A stretch of 63,503 bases of DNA, filler included, from Choristocarpus tenellus KU-1152 (taxonomy: Eukaryota > Protista > Phaeophyceae), in assembly GCA_964200185.2 (NCBI GenBank). It is 10 parts of 10 records of this genome, joined end to end, with 100 filler letters (N's around TTAATTAATTAA, not from the genome) between each part and the next. Parts side by side here need not be neighbours in the genome. Positions count along the whole stretch, not along the records: positions 1 to 8,219 come from CAXNAD020004982.1; positions 8,320 to 20,354 come from CAXNAD020002017.1; 8 more parts are not named here. One strand, given 5' to 3'. The notes under the pieces were generated by a model. The model had not been told where the DNA came from. It made no database searches and worked only from the letters and a program-made list of their open reading frames with translations. Both the position numbers and the translations under genes were made by a program. Positions 1 to 12,408 of the stretch are shown piece by piece. Position 1 is the first letter of the stretch. The number at the start of each line of letters is the position of its first letter.

Positions 1-225
1 AGATCAAATCCACAAAAAAAAAAACCCAACATATACTGAGTATTACGTAGTGTGTTTTTTATTACTTTCCTTGGAAAGTGGTAGACATATCCAGAAATAA
101 GATGAGCAGTACCTGATAAAGAATTATTACAATAACCATTGGCGTATTGAGCCAAGACGCACTTCAACAAAAGAACAAGTCCACAATATACAGAGTATGC
201 CCCATTAAAAAACGCATTTTCATAC

Positions 226-2390
226 CTCCTCGACATCAACAAGCTGCGTGGTAACCATATCCACCATACGTTCTGCCATGACTCCAGCCTTGGCTGGGAC
301 AATTCCCTGCCATCCTATCAGACCCAAGGGCTGCCCTTGTACCACCCGGAGGGGTATGCCACGCCAGACCAATGGGTAGAAAATCATCTCCACCGCTAGC
401 TGGGGAGGGGTTGAGAGCAAAGGAGGGAGGATGGGGGGGGGAAAGCAAAGGGACTCTTTCAACAAAAGCAGACTAGAGGACTGATGCAAAAGAGGATCTC
501 AGACAAAAAAAAAAAAATGATGCTGTCTGTCAATCAAGGGTCTACACTAACAGAATGGGAGAAAAAGACGACCGGATTGGGTGTTCACAACATCCCCTTA
601 AGGGGGGCAAGGAAGGGAGGAGGCACTGCATTGACAAACTGACATATTTCACAATCGGTGAACACACCTTGTTGGTAATCCATCCCACACAGGCAGCAGA
701 TATTGGTATGGTAAGTGTTTGCAATGGTTCCTTCTTCATTTTGTTTAGGGCATAACGCCACCTGATGAGACAAGTTCCATCCAGAATGCCAGCAGAAGTG
801 GAAGGAGAGTGGGCATGGGAGATATGTGGAAAGGTAATCCGGTTCATTTTGGAGTGGAGGAGTTCAGAAGTAAATGAAAGTGAACGTATCATACCTTTGT
901 ATCATAACTGAACAGTATCACACAATGAAAATAGGACCCAAGAAGTAAGAAGCTCAACTAGTGAAAAACTTTAATGGTGAAGAGCCTTTTTTTCATTGTC
1001 CACTCCAACAAGACATTCTATTCTAAACTCACTCATACAAGCTCTGGTCAATGCAAAACCTCAATTCAACCTCGCAGTCCATAATCCGAGGCACAAGAGC
1101 TACTTGTATAAAATCTTCAACAGGTCAATTTGAAGTACTACCCTAAACTCTCCAGAAAATATCACTGGGACATCACATCTTGTTGCAGGGGTGGTGGTGG
1201 TGTCAACATGACCACCAACAGACACTTAAGTAACAAAAAAAAAAGACTTTGTCAGAGCAGCAGCTACAACCGAGACGCTAAATTGCTTCACAAACTTGAA
1301 TTGTGATTGTAAAGGAGGGTATAAGATGTAGCAACTTGTTTCGAGTTCTTGAACGTACTTCAAGTCTTGTATACTGGAATCAAGGGGACAAATTAACAAG
1401 AAGCATTATAACTGAGCACAAACCTACTCTCAGAGATGGTAACATCAATGCGCCAGATATCGCCAAAAGAAGAAACAAAACACACATCTCACTGTCCTGA
1501 AGGTGTTACCAAGCTGAAGAACGATACATTGGGCACTGGCAGCTACGTTTGTCATCTCTGTAGGTAAGGCACACAATGAAACGAAAGGGCTCTAGGAGTC
1601 TTATAAACTCGGAAAGGAAAACGCAAGCTACGAGTCATCCCTCACTGGCATTGTTTTCAGATTGAGTTATTCGAAAGTAGCGGTCTCTCTTTAGAGATGT
1701 ACCAGGTAGGAAGACTAATACCCCCTCGATTATCAACTACCGTACCATCATCTCCCAAAACGGATTACCTGCTTCTGACCCAGCTTTCCTGCTCTCTACC
1801 ACAGTCTTCCCTTCCTTCAGCTTCCCCATTGTCAACCACTGTTTCATTTGAGCTTCTCCCACTGACCAACCCCGGACCCGTCGGCATAGACTCAGACATC
1901 CCCTCCTCTTGTAGACCCGTACCCAAGGGTTCGGCTTTCGCAACAAAGTCCCATCTGTTGGTCGATCCTCCTTGAGGTCGTATGGGCGAGGATGCAATGT
2001 TCGACCATCTCCCGTATGCATTACCGCGACTGGTGGAAACAACCTGCTGCAAGTTAGGAACACCCCCAAAAGCCACAATGCCCAAAGGTAGATGTGGGGT
2101 TGTTGTAGTGTCTCGAAACATATCTTGAACGCATACCACTAAGAACATGACACTAAGTATCGTTCAAAATAGATACATTCAGTAACGGTAACACGGAAAC
2201 CATTGCTGAAGGTCCTGCTCAGGCCTTTACCTTGACGTAGTTGCAAGACTGTCTTTTCCCCCACACCTCCTGGGGCCGTGTCGTGGGACTCGGCCCCATC
2301 AAGGTCGATGCGTGAGGGATAGCTTGTAGACCATTCCCCCATCCAGCTGCGAGAGGGAGTAAGATTGCGAAGAAAATAGGCGAAGTCCAT
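226..2390 (-). CDS. DUF445-like membrane protein, 5' part (exons 2390-2231, 2138-1769, 1557-1510, 761-668, 399-226; continues beyond window start)
   Basis: All four introns are GT-AG with compatible phases (1,2,2,0). The spliced product contains IPISAACVGWITNK|LAVEMIFYPL...GLIGWQGIVPAKAGVMAERMVDM, the typical DUF445 N-terminal motif. Exons 4-5 are well supported; exons 1-3 rest on phase consistency only. Confidence 0.75.
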
Positions 2391-2819
2391 CGCAAAACAT
2401 GATAATGGTCCCAAGAATCCATAACTTCGGCAATCACAACCCCCGACAAGAGCTCAAACTTTCCTCCGTGTCACTGCCAGTCCAAAGAGTTCGTTGGCCT
2501 GCTGGGCCTCATAATATTGATAGGAGAACCAAGAAATCACCCCAATCTCCCTTTTGTGGGGAACCTTGTTATGGACCACTTTCTGATAATAAGTGTGTAA
2601 TCCACCTTCGCCTTAATGTGCTTATTGTGTTGGTTCATGTTTGATTGAATGCTTGCTGCTTCCAACTACTTGTTGCTGCTTTGTTGTTTGAACAGATACA
2701 TCGGTTTCAACCTCGTCCCGATAAGGTACAAATTAACACTTCTAATGAACTTACCCATACACAACAGTCCCAACCCCCAACGCGCCATACCCTACACGTG
2801 CATCGGATACCACACGGTC
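2391..2819. promoter_or_regulatory. Putative bidirectional promoter between two divergent genes
   Basis: About 430 bp separate the two predicted ATGs on opposite strands. Positional inference only. Confidence 0.4.
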
Positions 2820-5800
2820 ATGCGTCTTGTTGAGGGATCCTCTCTGTCAGTAGAACAATCAAAAACACTGCTTTGCGTCGGATCACACGATAGCAATGAA
2901 TACAGAAAATATACACACCTGCCATCAGTCTGTAAGTCGACCCAACAAGGAAAGTTGATTGTTGATCACCATCGCCTGCATCAGCTGGACCTGAAATGGT
3001 CCGAAAAAATCTGGGCATTACTGGATTTTCTACAACTTTATGGACTTCTGTGGTCACTGAGTCAGCCCTGGCCGTGGCCACGGCATTGGCAAACACAGAC
3101 TCGTTGGGGATTGATATTCAACATGGACTTCTCAGGTCTCTCCGACGAAGGGGCGGCCATGGCCATCACGGGTGGGACAGTGTCGCCATGGGGTCAATAT
3201 GAAGGCTACCTCACTTATGCATTAGGATTTATGCTAATTCCCGTCACCCTAGTCTTCTTATGGATGAATAGGCTAGAACTTATTAGCCTTCGGGAAAAGT
3301 TGTTTACCCTCTGCGGGTTGCATAGCCCGAAAACAAGACTGGCCCATGCTCTGTTTGTTGTTGAGAGGGCCCTGTTGCTGTCTGCACACGTCGGCTTCCT
3401 GCCCGTTGCCTTAGCTATCGCTCGCCTCCTAGTGTGCGAGGCTGATGGAACCTTGTCGATTGACACAAGTGTAAAGTGTGGATCTCTTGCTCATTCATTC
3501 GTCTCTCTGGTCGGGGTGGCTGTCCTAATAACGTTCGCCGCCATTCTCCTGTGGCGCACACGCGCCATAGCCATGGCAGCCACGGTATATGACCATGGAC
3601 CTGATCACGAGAGAATGCTGCAGAGGATGGAGATCGAATATGCCCTGAACCTGAGCGATGACTGGGCCATGGTGCATATTTGGGTGGTATCTAGCTTTCG
3701 GAGACATGCAGTGGATTACCGGTCAGTTACGCACTTTGTGCACGTACAAATATTATATCTTTCGTGAAATAGAACTCTATAATGTAGCAAGGAGAACGAG
3801 TTTTCCCTTTCAAGGTGTGTCAAGTTCACCTGCTACTGACTTCTTTCATTGAACAGTGGCAATAAAGATCCAAACCTTTTGGGTGTTACATCTATTCCTT
3901 GCTACATGCAAATCATCACACTTGGAACTTTCCAATGTGTTGCTGTGACCAGGGTCCGGATGGTGATCCAAAAGATTATTCTCTTGGCAATATATTGCGG
4001 GCTGCGGTGGACACAGGGGGGCCAGGCAGTTCTATTCTGGGCCGTGATCACAGCATGGACAATATGGTCCTGTGCCTCCCCTCCGTATCGATGCCTGTCC
4101 TCAAACAGAGTGCACCTGTGCCTGCAACTGGCTCTATGGATCAATTCTTTCCTCGGCATGCTCACAGGGTACGGTGTCCGTAGTGCCGTATTGGTGGCTT
4201 CAACCCAGTATTTGTGGCTGTCAGCAATCAATGCTGTTGCTCTTATCAGTGCAGGTCTAGCAACAATGGCTGGGGTCATTAGTCCAGTGACCAATCAAGT
4301 CAGGGATCACATCACAATGCATATTTTCCAGCACCATTCCCACCAATGCAGCAGCAGTCATGATGCCACCCTCCTCAACACAGACTTGTTGTCCAGTCAA
4401 GGTGGACGCATCCACAGCAGGAGCAGTAAGGACTGTGAACTTGGTTTACCCATACTACTCGAAGAGTCTTCCCATAGGAAACAGCAGACTCCTTCAGATA
4501 CTTGGCCCTCGAGAGTAACTCTTGAGCATATTGCCTATTTCCCACACCGAACTGAATGGATCACTGCATCCCAGGATGCTCGCAGACTATTATTTAGATA
4601 TAAAATGGCCTCCCATGAATTGCTTCCTCTTGAACCAGTTGAGGAAGTCATGACCAGGGTCCGTCAGCATTGGTTGGTTGCAAAGGCAGAAAATAGTGCC
4701 ATTGAGCCTGTCCTTAGAGGGACACTCGAGGACCTGGTCCACACATATGAGAGTGTGTGCAAGAAATCGCTATTAGTCAAATCAAGGACTTCAGGAAGGG
4801 CACTTCATGTAGCACTGGGAGAAGCAACTGTTGCAGCAGGCATGTGGAGGTGGAGGGAAGCTCAGGTGAGTCAATTCAAGGAGGAAATATAAGAACAAAA
4901 GGGTAGTGTTGTGTTGCGTAATTGCATAATGTTTGAATTAGAGCACAATTATATTATATCAAAATTAGTAAAAATCGAACTCCAATAGACTTATGGGCTC
5001 AAAGTATCTGGGGGGGGTGGCTCCTGTCCATTTGGGGTCAATTTTATTATGTCACGATTTTTGGGGGATTTGGTTGCATACGTCGGATGGATAATGTAAG
5101 AGCACTTTTCCTGGTTATGGCCCAAATGGACACCCTGGTGCAGACCCTCCCCCCCCCAGATACTTTGGGTCATGGTGTTCATACTTTTTTTGTATGTTTT
5201 TTTAATATGTGAACCACACATGCAAGCTCGCTAAACACTCCATGAGTCTGTGAGCCTTGGGGGAGTCAGGGTAATCTGAGGAAGTTGTGTGTGAACACCT
5301 AGATTAAGAATATTGATGTTTACCCATCTGTTGGATATTCCCTCCTGTGCGGGGAATGAGGGTAACAATGATGAAGGGTGGGATGAAAACAACCAAGAGC
5401 CTGATGTGACCTAGGTTAACATTACAACAAAGGAGCTGAAAGTGAAGCATGTGAAGGATTCGGCAACAATGAAGCTTGTTGGGTTGAAGACTCATGTTTT
5501 GCGCTTGCTTATAGTGTATACAAGGGAAGGAATGCCTCATCTAGGTGTATGCTAGATGTGTGAGGAAAATGGGACATTTTAAAGGTTAGATCAATTTAGT
5601 GATTCAAAGTTAACCGTCTAATCCAAGAAATCACATCCAGAGCATTGAGCCTAAGGACAAGGAAGCTCTTTTCGACTTGGACAAGGGCGGGAAGATTGTC
5701 AAAGAGTTTGGATCAGGCAGTCAGCAGAGTAAAGGACTATTTTTTTTTAAGGCTAAGGCGTTAGAGTGGACCACTCTGCTCTGCTGATTTGTCGAGGTGA

Positions 5801-6869
5801 ACCATCGCACAGTGTAAAAGCCCCCTACACATCACAGCAAGGTAGCTTGTCCAGTAATAGGAAGAGAGGATACATACAAGAGTGCCTCGAAAACATTTTT
5901 CCTCCATTGGTTCGATTCACCAGGCAGAGAGCTTTATTGCCTCGTGACACTCTGCACCTTGCCTCATGTGCTTGATTACATAGAAGGTTTTTCTCCAATT
6001 CCACTTGTACCTAAGGCGTGGAGATGATAGGTGTGAGGTTGATGGAAATATTTTCCCGAGAAGGAGTCAATAAGTCAAATTATCTCAGAGGGTAGAGCTG
6101 TGTCCGTTCGGGTGCCAAAATTCAATCTTGCGATTTTGATGTCATTTTGGCTATTGTGTTTGTTAGGAAGTATCAATATCCTTGTTCCGGGCACACCTTT
6201 TCATAATGTATACAACATTTTACCTACTCCGAAACATTTTGGAGTAGGAAAATGCCATAAGAAAACCTGTGGGAAGCCAAGTCCCATTTGGACAAACAAG
6301 ACAAATCTCGTACCCTCTAAGAGAGTCAAAGTATCTTTAGAGAATAGATCTGCGTCCGTTTTGGGGCAGATCCAATGTCGTAATTTTGGATGAAATTGTG
6401 GCTATTGTATTTGTTAGGAAGTGTCAATACCCTTGTTCGGACACACCATTTGATAACGTATACATTTTACCTACTCCGAAATTTTGAAGTAGGAAAATGT
6501 CATTAAAAAAACAATGGGAAGCCAAGCCCCAAACGGACAAACAGGGCAAAGCTTGTACCCTCGAAGATACGTTTCCCCAGATACTTTCACTTCAATGCTG
6601 TTGGAGCTTGCCAAGACAAGTTTGAAATTTGTTGTAATATCTATTATGTGTGCCTGCTTCAACTGCTACTGTACTTTCAGACCCTCATGACAGCTCAGCA
6701 ACGGCGCATTATGCTCAAGTTGGTGGCAGTATCAGCCTTTCTTAAGCATCGAAAACTTGTTAAGCCATCTACAGAGATGCTCAAACACCTCAAGGCAGAA
6801 ACAGAAAGGGCTTTGGAACCACCAGTGCCCTTTTCTTCACATGGTATCATCATGACATTGTGCAGACAG
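2820..6869 (+). CDS. Uncharacterised multipass membrane protein (exons 2820-3721, 3953-4865, 6681-~6869)
   Basis: Two long ORFs (372 and 347 aa) join in frame through GTCAGT..CCAG (DYR|VRMVIQK) and GTGAGT..TTTCAG (EAQ|TLMTAQQRR). Several hydrophobic helices, e.g. LLDFLQLYGLLWSLSQPWPWP. The 3' end is uncertain (donor at 6870 or stop at 6878). Confidence 0.75.
4996..5171 (+). mobile_element. MITE family A, full copy (intron of membrane-protein gene)
   Basis: TIR GGCTCAAAGTATCTGGGGGGG / CCCCCCCAGATACTTTGGGTC; flanked by ATG/ATG 3-bp TSD. Confidence 0.9.
6072..6593 (+). mobile_element. MITE family B outer copy, with a second B copy (6323-6578) nested in its right TIR
   Basis: The right TIR CTCTAAGATACTTTCACTC is split as CTCTAAGA[inner copy]AGATACTTTCACTTC, giving an AGA duplication. 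The outer copy is flanked by AAT/AAT. Confidence 0.85.
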
Positions 6870-6938
6870 GTACTGTGAAGTCATGAAAAATGACAGAACT
6901 AGTTTAACAAGGCAGGAAGGGTTCTTAGCATACCCATA

Positions 6939-7197
6939 GAGCCAAAGTATCTTAGAGGGTAGGGTAGCATCCATTTGGGGGTCAAAATCCAATGTTACGA
7001 TTTTGATGTAGTTTTGGCTGTCGTGTTTGTTAGGAAGTGGCAATATCTATGTTTCGGACACACGTTTTCATAACGTATACTTTTCATCTACTCCGAAACA
7101 TTTTGGAGTAGGAAAATGTCTTAAAAACACCCATGGGAAGCCAAGCCCCAAATAGACAAAGAGGGAAAAATTCGTACCCTCTAAGATACTTTCACTC
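6939..7197 (+). mobile_element. MITE family B, full copy
   Basis: GAGCCAAAGTATCTTAGAGGGTA ... TACCCTCTAAGATACTTTCACTC, with internal GCATCCATTTGGGG / CCCCAAATAGAC and a central hairpin. Confidence 0.9.
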
Positions 7198-7978
7198 CAT
7201 ATGCAATACCATCACATGTGACTCCAGTAACCAACTCTCCATAAATGTGTTTCATTTTACTTCGAAATTCGAAAAGTGATAATACAGTTAATTGAAAGGT
7301 GAACATTAGAGGATGTTGCTGCGCAGATGATGAATCCTAAAATGGCATCATTTGACTCTCTGGTACTGGAGTTCACAAATACCACCTTGAACCTTGGTCA
7401 GATTCCATTGACAACTCCGAATATTTATGCTCTTGGGAATGTATGTATCATTGTAACACATACCTCTACAGTGGTTCTCCTTGTCCTTCGCACACTAAAG
7501 ATCTATTGGCTTCACCCACATATGTCAGTTCACATCCTAAACCTAATAGCTTGTGGTAGAGCTCCACCAACAAATACTACCATATCTTTATACAGGAATG
7601 ATACGATGCAAGGCTCAAAAAGCTGATGCACTACCTTCTCCTGGAGATTGCCGACCTTGCTTTGTTCTATAAAACTGTCCCAGATCTGTAGAAAAGAAAG
7701 TGCATTAACTCATTGGTCAAACTCTTGATCCCTTCACAACCACTTGGTAATAGAAATATGGCACCAACCTCTGGCCAAATACTTTATGTGGTTCGTCCAA
7801 ATGAACTTCCTACCAACAATCTACTCATAGCCAAAACTGCTACTCCAAGTGTAGTCCTCCTGGACTGGCAGAAGCTTCTCTTGTACAGGCATGGCAGAGA
7901 CAAGCATTGTCACCACATATTAGTGGGAAAAAGCAGGAACATCAAGATGTACAAATTTGAGACAGACCCTCAAGTTAT

Positions 7979-8157
7979 GGCTCAAAGTATCAGGGGATGG
8001 GTGGTGGGTGTCCATTTGGGCTTATTTTTTCCATGTCGCAATTTTTGGGTGATTTGGTTGCATACGTCAGGGATGGATAATGTAAGTGCACTTTTCCTGG
8101 TTTTGGTCAAATGGACAACCTGGTGTAGACCCCCCAACCCCCCAGATACTTTGGGTC
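7979..8157 (+). mobile_element. MITE family A, full copy
   Basis: Colinear with 4996-5171 and has the same TIRs. Confidence 0.9.
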
Positions 8158-8219
8158 TTCCTATTCCTGACTCTACAGGTGCTGGATTAAGGTGAAGCCG
8201 CTCGCTCCCCCGAAGCAAG

Positions 8220-8319
8220 NNNNNNNNNNNNNNNNNNNNNNNNNNNNNNNNNNNNNNNNNNNNTTAATTAATTAANNNNNNNNNNNNNNNNNNNNNNNNN
8301 NNNNNNNNNNNNNNNNNNN
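8220..8319. other. Artificial contig spacer (identical spacers at 20355-20454, 24848-24947, 29174-29273, 32910-33009, 37757-37856, 47592-47691, 52240-52339, 60292-60391)
   Basis: Exactly 44 N + TTAATTAATTAA (stops in all six frames) + 44 N each time. Confidence 0.98.
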
Positions 8320-8359
8320 CTCAATGAAAAGCTCCATCCTCAATTTTTGAAATCGGCTG

Positions 8360-8448
8360 TTGTATGCAACCAAATCACCAAAAAATCGTGACATGAAAAA
8401 ATTGACCCCAATTGAACAGCTGCTACCCCCTCCCAGATATTTTGAGTC
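8360..8448 (-). mobile_element. MITE family A, partial copy near contig start
   Basis: Reverse complement of the left half of family A (TATGCAACCAAATC...CCCAGATATTTTGAGTC). Confidence 0.8.
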
Positions 8449-11400
8449 ACCCCGACAATGGCACAACAGGTTGAGCAGGAAAACTGAGTGAAAATCACTG
8501 CCCAAGCATCCTCAAGCATACCCCTTTGAGAGACACTCAAACAGATACCGCAAGATATCTCACATTTATTGTACTGCACAGTGCATTGGCATATACTGCC
8601 CCTTAGAGCATACGCCGTAGATCACAACTGTGTCCACCTCACCAAGCAAATTGCACAGGAAATGTGAGTGTTCCTCCAACAACTCAGAGCACTTACCCAG
8701 TCCTCAGTTTTGGATCCCACCCCTACTGGAACCACCCTTAGATGTAGTCATATACTGATACTTAAAATGGTCACATAAGAGCTGCAAAGTGGTGATCATG
8801 ATGTCTAGGGTTTGGGCTCCCTCTGTCACTGCCACACCTACTCTCGGGCCCATCATTGTCCTGCCATGTGAGCAATGAATATGCAACACATCTGGTGGAA
8901 TCTCTGCGTCATAGAGTCTCATGCCAGACCACCCCACATTCCGGTCCAACCCCTTCCAAGACAATACTGACTCATTGACGGTCAGGTCTCTCATGAAGGT
9001 TGAAGCAGAGAACCCGAATACGATTCCACTTTTCGATTAAGCCCTTCACTTCAGACCCCACCCATCTTGGCCCCTCAGGCTCTCTGTTAAGAATATTCTT
9101 TTTTTTCATGTGTAAAATATGATTCTGTGGGAGAAACATTGAGTTGTTGAACTATTGTTGGATAACGGGATAATTGATAGTAATGTCTTTTGTCAGGTGA
9201 CAACGAAAGTATTGTCCGGGATATTATAGTACAAGAAGAATCCTAGAAAAGGAATGTTGTAACAAGTAACATAGCAAGTAACATAGCAAGTAATCATGGA
9301 CTTGCGTGACGTGTTATTAGAATATGTGAATCGTAAGGTGATGACCCCCTTTGAGCTTTGAAGCTCACTCTCTCTCCTTCCTTAAACCTTCCTTACTTCA
9401 TGTACAACCTGTTCTGCAAAATAAGGAATCAATCGAGTCATTAACATACACAAGTCTTGGGAATACCAATTTCTTTAACACTCCCCTCCACATCCTCCTC
9501 TGTGTTATTAGTAGAAGTAGAGCACCCAACATGTGCAATATGTCAGATTCACTTACTTGTAGGACCCGTACCGCTTCTCAGGTTGGTGTTTGTCACCACT
9601 ACCATCTCGTCAATCTGATTCTCAGGGAACATCAGATTGAAGTAGTCTATTGACTGCTTAGTTGCCCATACCATAGCAGCACCAGATCCCACCTCTCAGT
9701 TATCCTCAAGGATTTGTCCTGCATTTCCACACGGTGGTATGGGATTTGGGGGCTTTTCTTCGTCAACCACTGGATGCAAACGATTCATCCGAAACACTTT
9801 CCTCCTCATTGTGTATCACCTGATACCAAACCCAGTTACCCTGGCACCAGACAGGTCGTCCCTCCTCTCCTCTGAAGACTCGTTATTGTCAGAGTCCTCA
9901 TCTGCCTCATCATCTGGATCTGTTCCCAAGTCTTCCAGAGGAAGATCGCTCGTTTCCCCTACTTCCTCTGAATCCTAAGATTCTTGGACTTGAACTTTGG
10001 TCATGGATCTTTTTCAACCTCGTTTTGGATGGCCACACTATCTACAATGAAGGTCACCACCTGTTTCTTCTGCTGCTCGGAACCAACCTTGAAGCTCTAT
10101 CAACAACTCTTCCAACCCAGGTGTGAGCCTTTGAGACCTTCGTGACCCCAAGTAGCAAGCTTTTACCTCAGGCACCTCAACATCCATGCCAATCCATATT
10201 TTCGACACCTCCACCTTTCTCGCCTCAGAATATTTGATAGGAGACGAGTTTCCAGGAACGGATTTCGATAAGGTGCTCTGTTTACACATGACAATTCACC
10301 ATGTGATCTGAAAATATCAATTTACACAAACGTTTTGCTTCGAACACAAAACATGTGTAACGTAGGATACTTTTGTAAAAATTTAGATAAACAGAAATCT
10401 ATTCGTCCACTAAATATATTCTCTATACTATAGATGTCATAGAGTTGAGAGAAGTTGTTCCAAAAATGCTAGGTCAGAAATGAGGCATTTGTGGTGGCAT
10501 CTTTGTCGATTATGTTGAGAGAGGTCAAAAATACTGAATTTGAGAACAGTGACCACGTAAATTCTGAAAAATATTCATTAACATCTATAATACAGAGCAA
10601 ATATTTTGTAAGAACTGGAACAGGTCCTTTTCCCCAAGATTGGTGATCTTTTCAAAAAGATTATTATGGTGCTGATTTTTAGAGTATTGAGGTTTTTGGA
10701 ATAGGAACACAACAACAATGAAGCACTCCTCTATAAACAAGCGTGGCATACATCTTGTCTCACCTTCCTATACGTGTTTAGGTTATGTCTAATCAGGCAC
10801 TGTGGTGGTGGTGTGTCTGTCGATTATGGGGGTGAAAATACTGAATATGAGAAAAGTCTGGAACCTATTTCTCAACTCTTCTGATATCTTCAATATGGAG
10901 AAAAGAATTAATATAGTGGAAGAAAAGAGATCTTTAAGAATGGAACAAGTGTTTTTATCCATGAACATGATAGTTCGGAACAATAATAGTTGTGTTGATT
11001 TTTATAGCATTGAGAAAGGTGAAGAGTAGAGAGTAGTACCACACGCACATTTCCTTATTATAATTATTTTGCACAAAACACAATCGGTGGCAGAAGTATT
11101 CGAAATCTTGACACATTCACACTTTGGAGTGAAAAAATGAGAGGAACCAATAGAGAACCAACCCTCGAATAATGAAGGTGAACACAAAGAGGTAGTACAT
11201 TAATATTAACACCCTCAATTGTCATTTCATCAATTAATGTTTAGATCCGATCCGAATTCAGATGCTTTGTTGCAAGTGAAGGTGAGAGTGTAAGATAAAA
11301 CACCTCTAACTAAATGCGGTCTGGAGCAACAATCTCCCCCGGGAAGGCATCGCTCCTCTACTATGCAGAAGGACTTCCAAGGCATTTTTCATCAGTCCAT

Positions 11401-12408
11401 ACAGTTAGTAAGGTTGGGGACTGGGTCATGTCCACCTGGCATCTGTGACCCAGACATTGCCCAACCCTGACAGAATACATTATCTTTTGTACCAGACTTG
11501 TCTGCAATCTGGACCGACTCTATCATAGCATATTGGCACTGGACCAGCCTGCAACCCAGCCGTTCTTAAATAGTTGACGCCCATTGATAACAAAGTGTCC
11601 TTACTAGACGGACTCAATCGAGATGCGTCAGATCGACCTGGCCAGAGTATGTCGGAAGTAATCCCAAATAAATGTGGGAATAAAAGTGTTTTATATGTAT
11701 ATATATATATCCCTTCATGTTGTCAAAAATCTAATTGGAATAAAACCGAATTGTCCTATCATAGTATGATCTAACATGGCCACAGGCCAACCTGCAGCCT
11801 AGTCTGAGTACAAACTCTGACAGTCCTTTTTTTCGAGAAACATTGAAAAACATTTAGACCTGTAGTGCCACACAGACTAGATAGGTTCCAATATTCTGGG
11901 ACTTGGTCCGAACATGTCTGAAGATATTGGAACTCGTCCGACATATGGACCAGGCAGGTTACAATACTTGGACGTGCTCTGGACATACCAGAAAAACTGA
12001 AACTGGTCCAGCCCACCAAGTGCTCTGTTCCCATTTCCCTGACCTTTATGAAAAGCAATGTAGCGTGTTCACAATTAGTGGGTCCCTATTATGTCACAGA
12101 CACTGACCACCTTAAAGCAAGAATCATCCCTCACTACTGTCACATGATCATCCGGAACCACATCTTCTCTTATTAGCAACAAAACAAGCATACGCATAAA
12201 ACGACTGATCCATGGGGCATTACAGTAGTGCAAATCCCCTGATAAAAAAATGAACTTACCTTGAATTGTCACAGTTGACCCATGTACCATCACACCATTC
12301 CACCCACTACCCAACATTTTCATGATGGCTATAACTAAACACTGATCCCTTTTCTAACAGCTGCCATACACAACACAATGCCCATCTCCTACGCTACACA
12401 AAACCTGC

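Noticed and set aside
6100-6393. Recurring short ORFs such as ...LPSKILW..., ...TPFHNVY..., ...SKYLGG...
   Set aside because: They are translations of non-coding MITE copies, not a protein family.
4996-7197. Introner-type intron-generating elements
   Set aside because: The MITEs lie inside longer introns and their ends do not coincide with splice sites.
8264-8275. Recurrent palindrome TTAATTAATTAA as a biological motif
   Set aside because: Always centred in 44+44 N; it is an artificial six-frame-stop linker.
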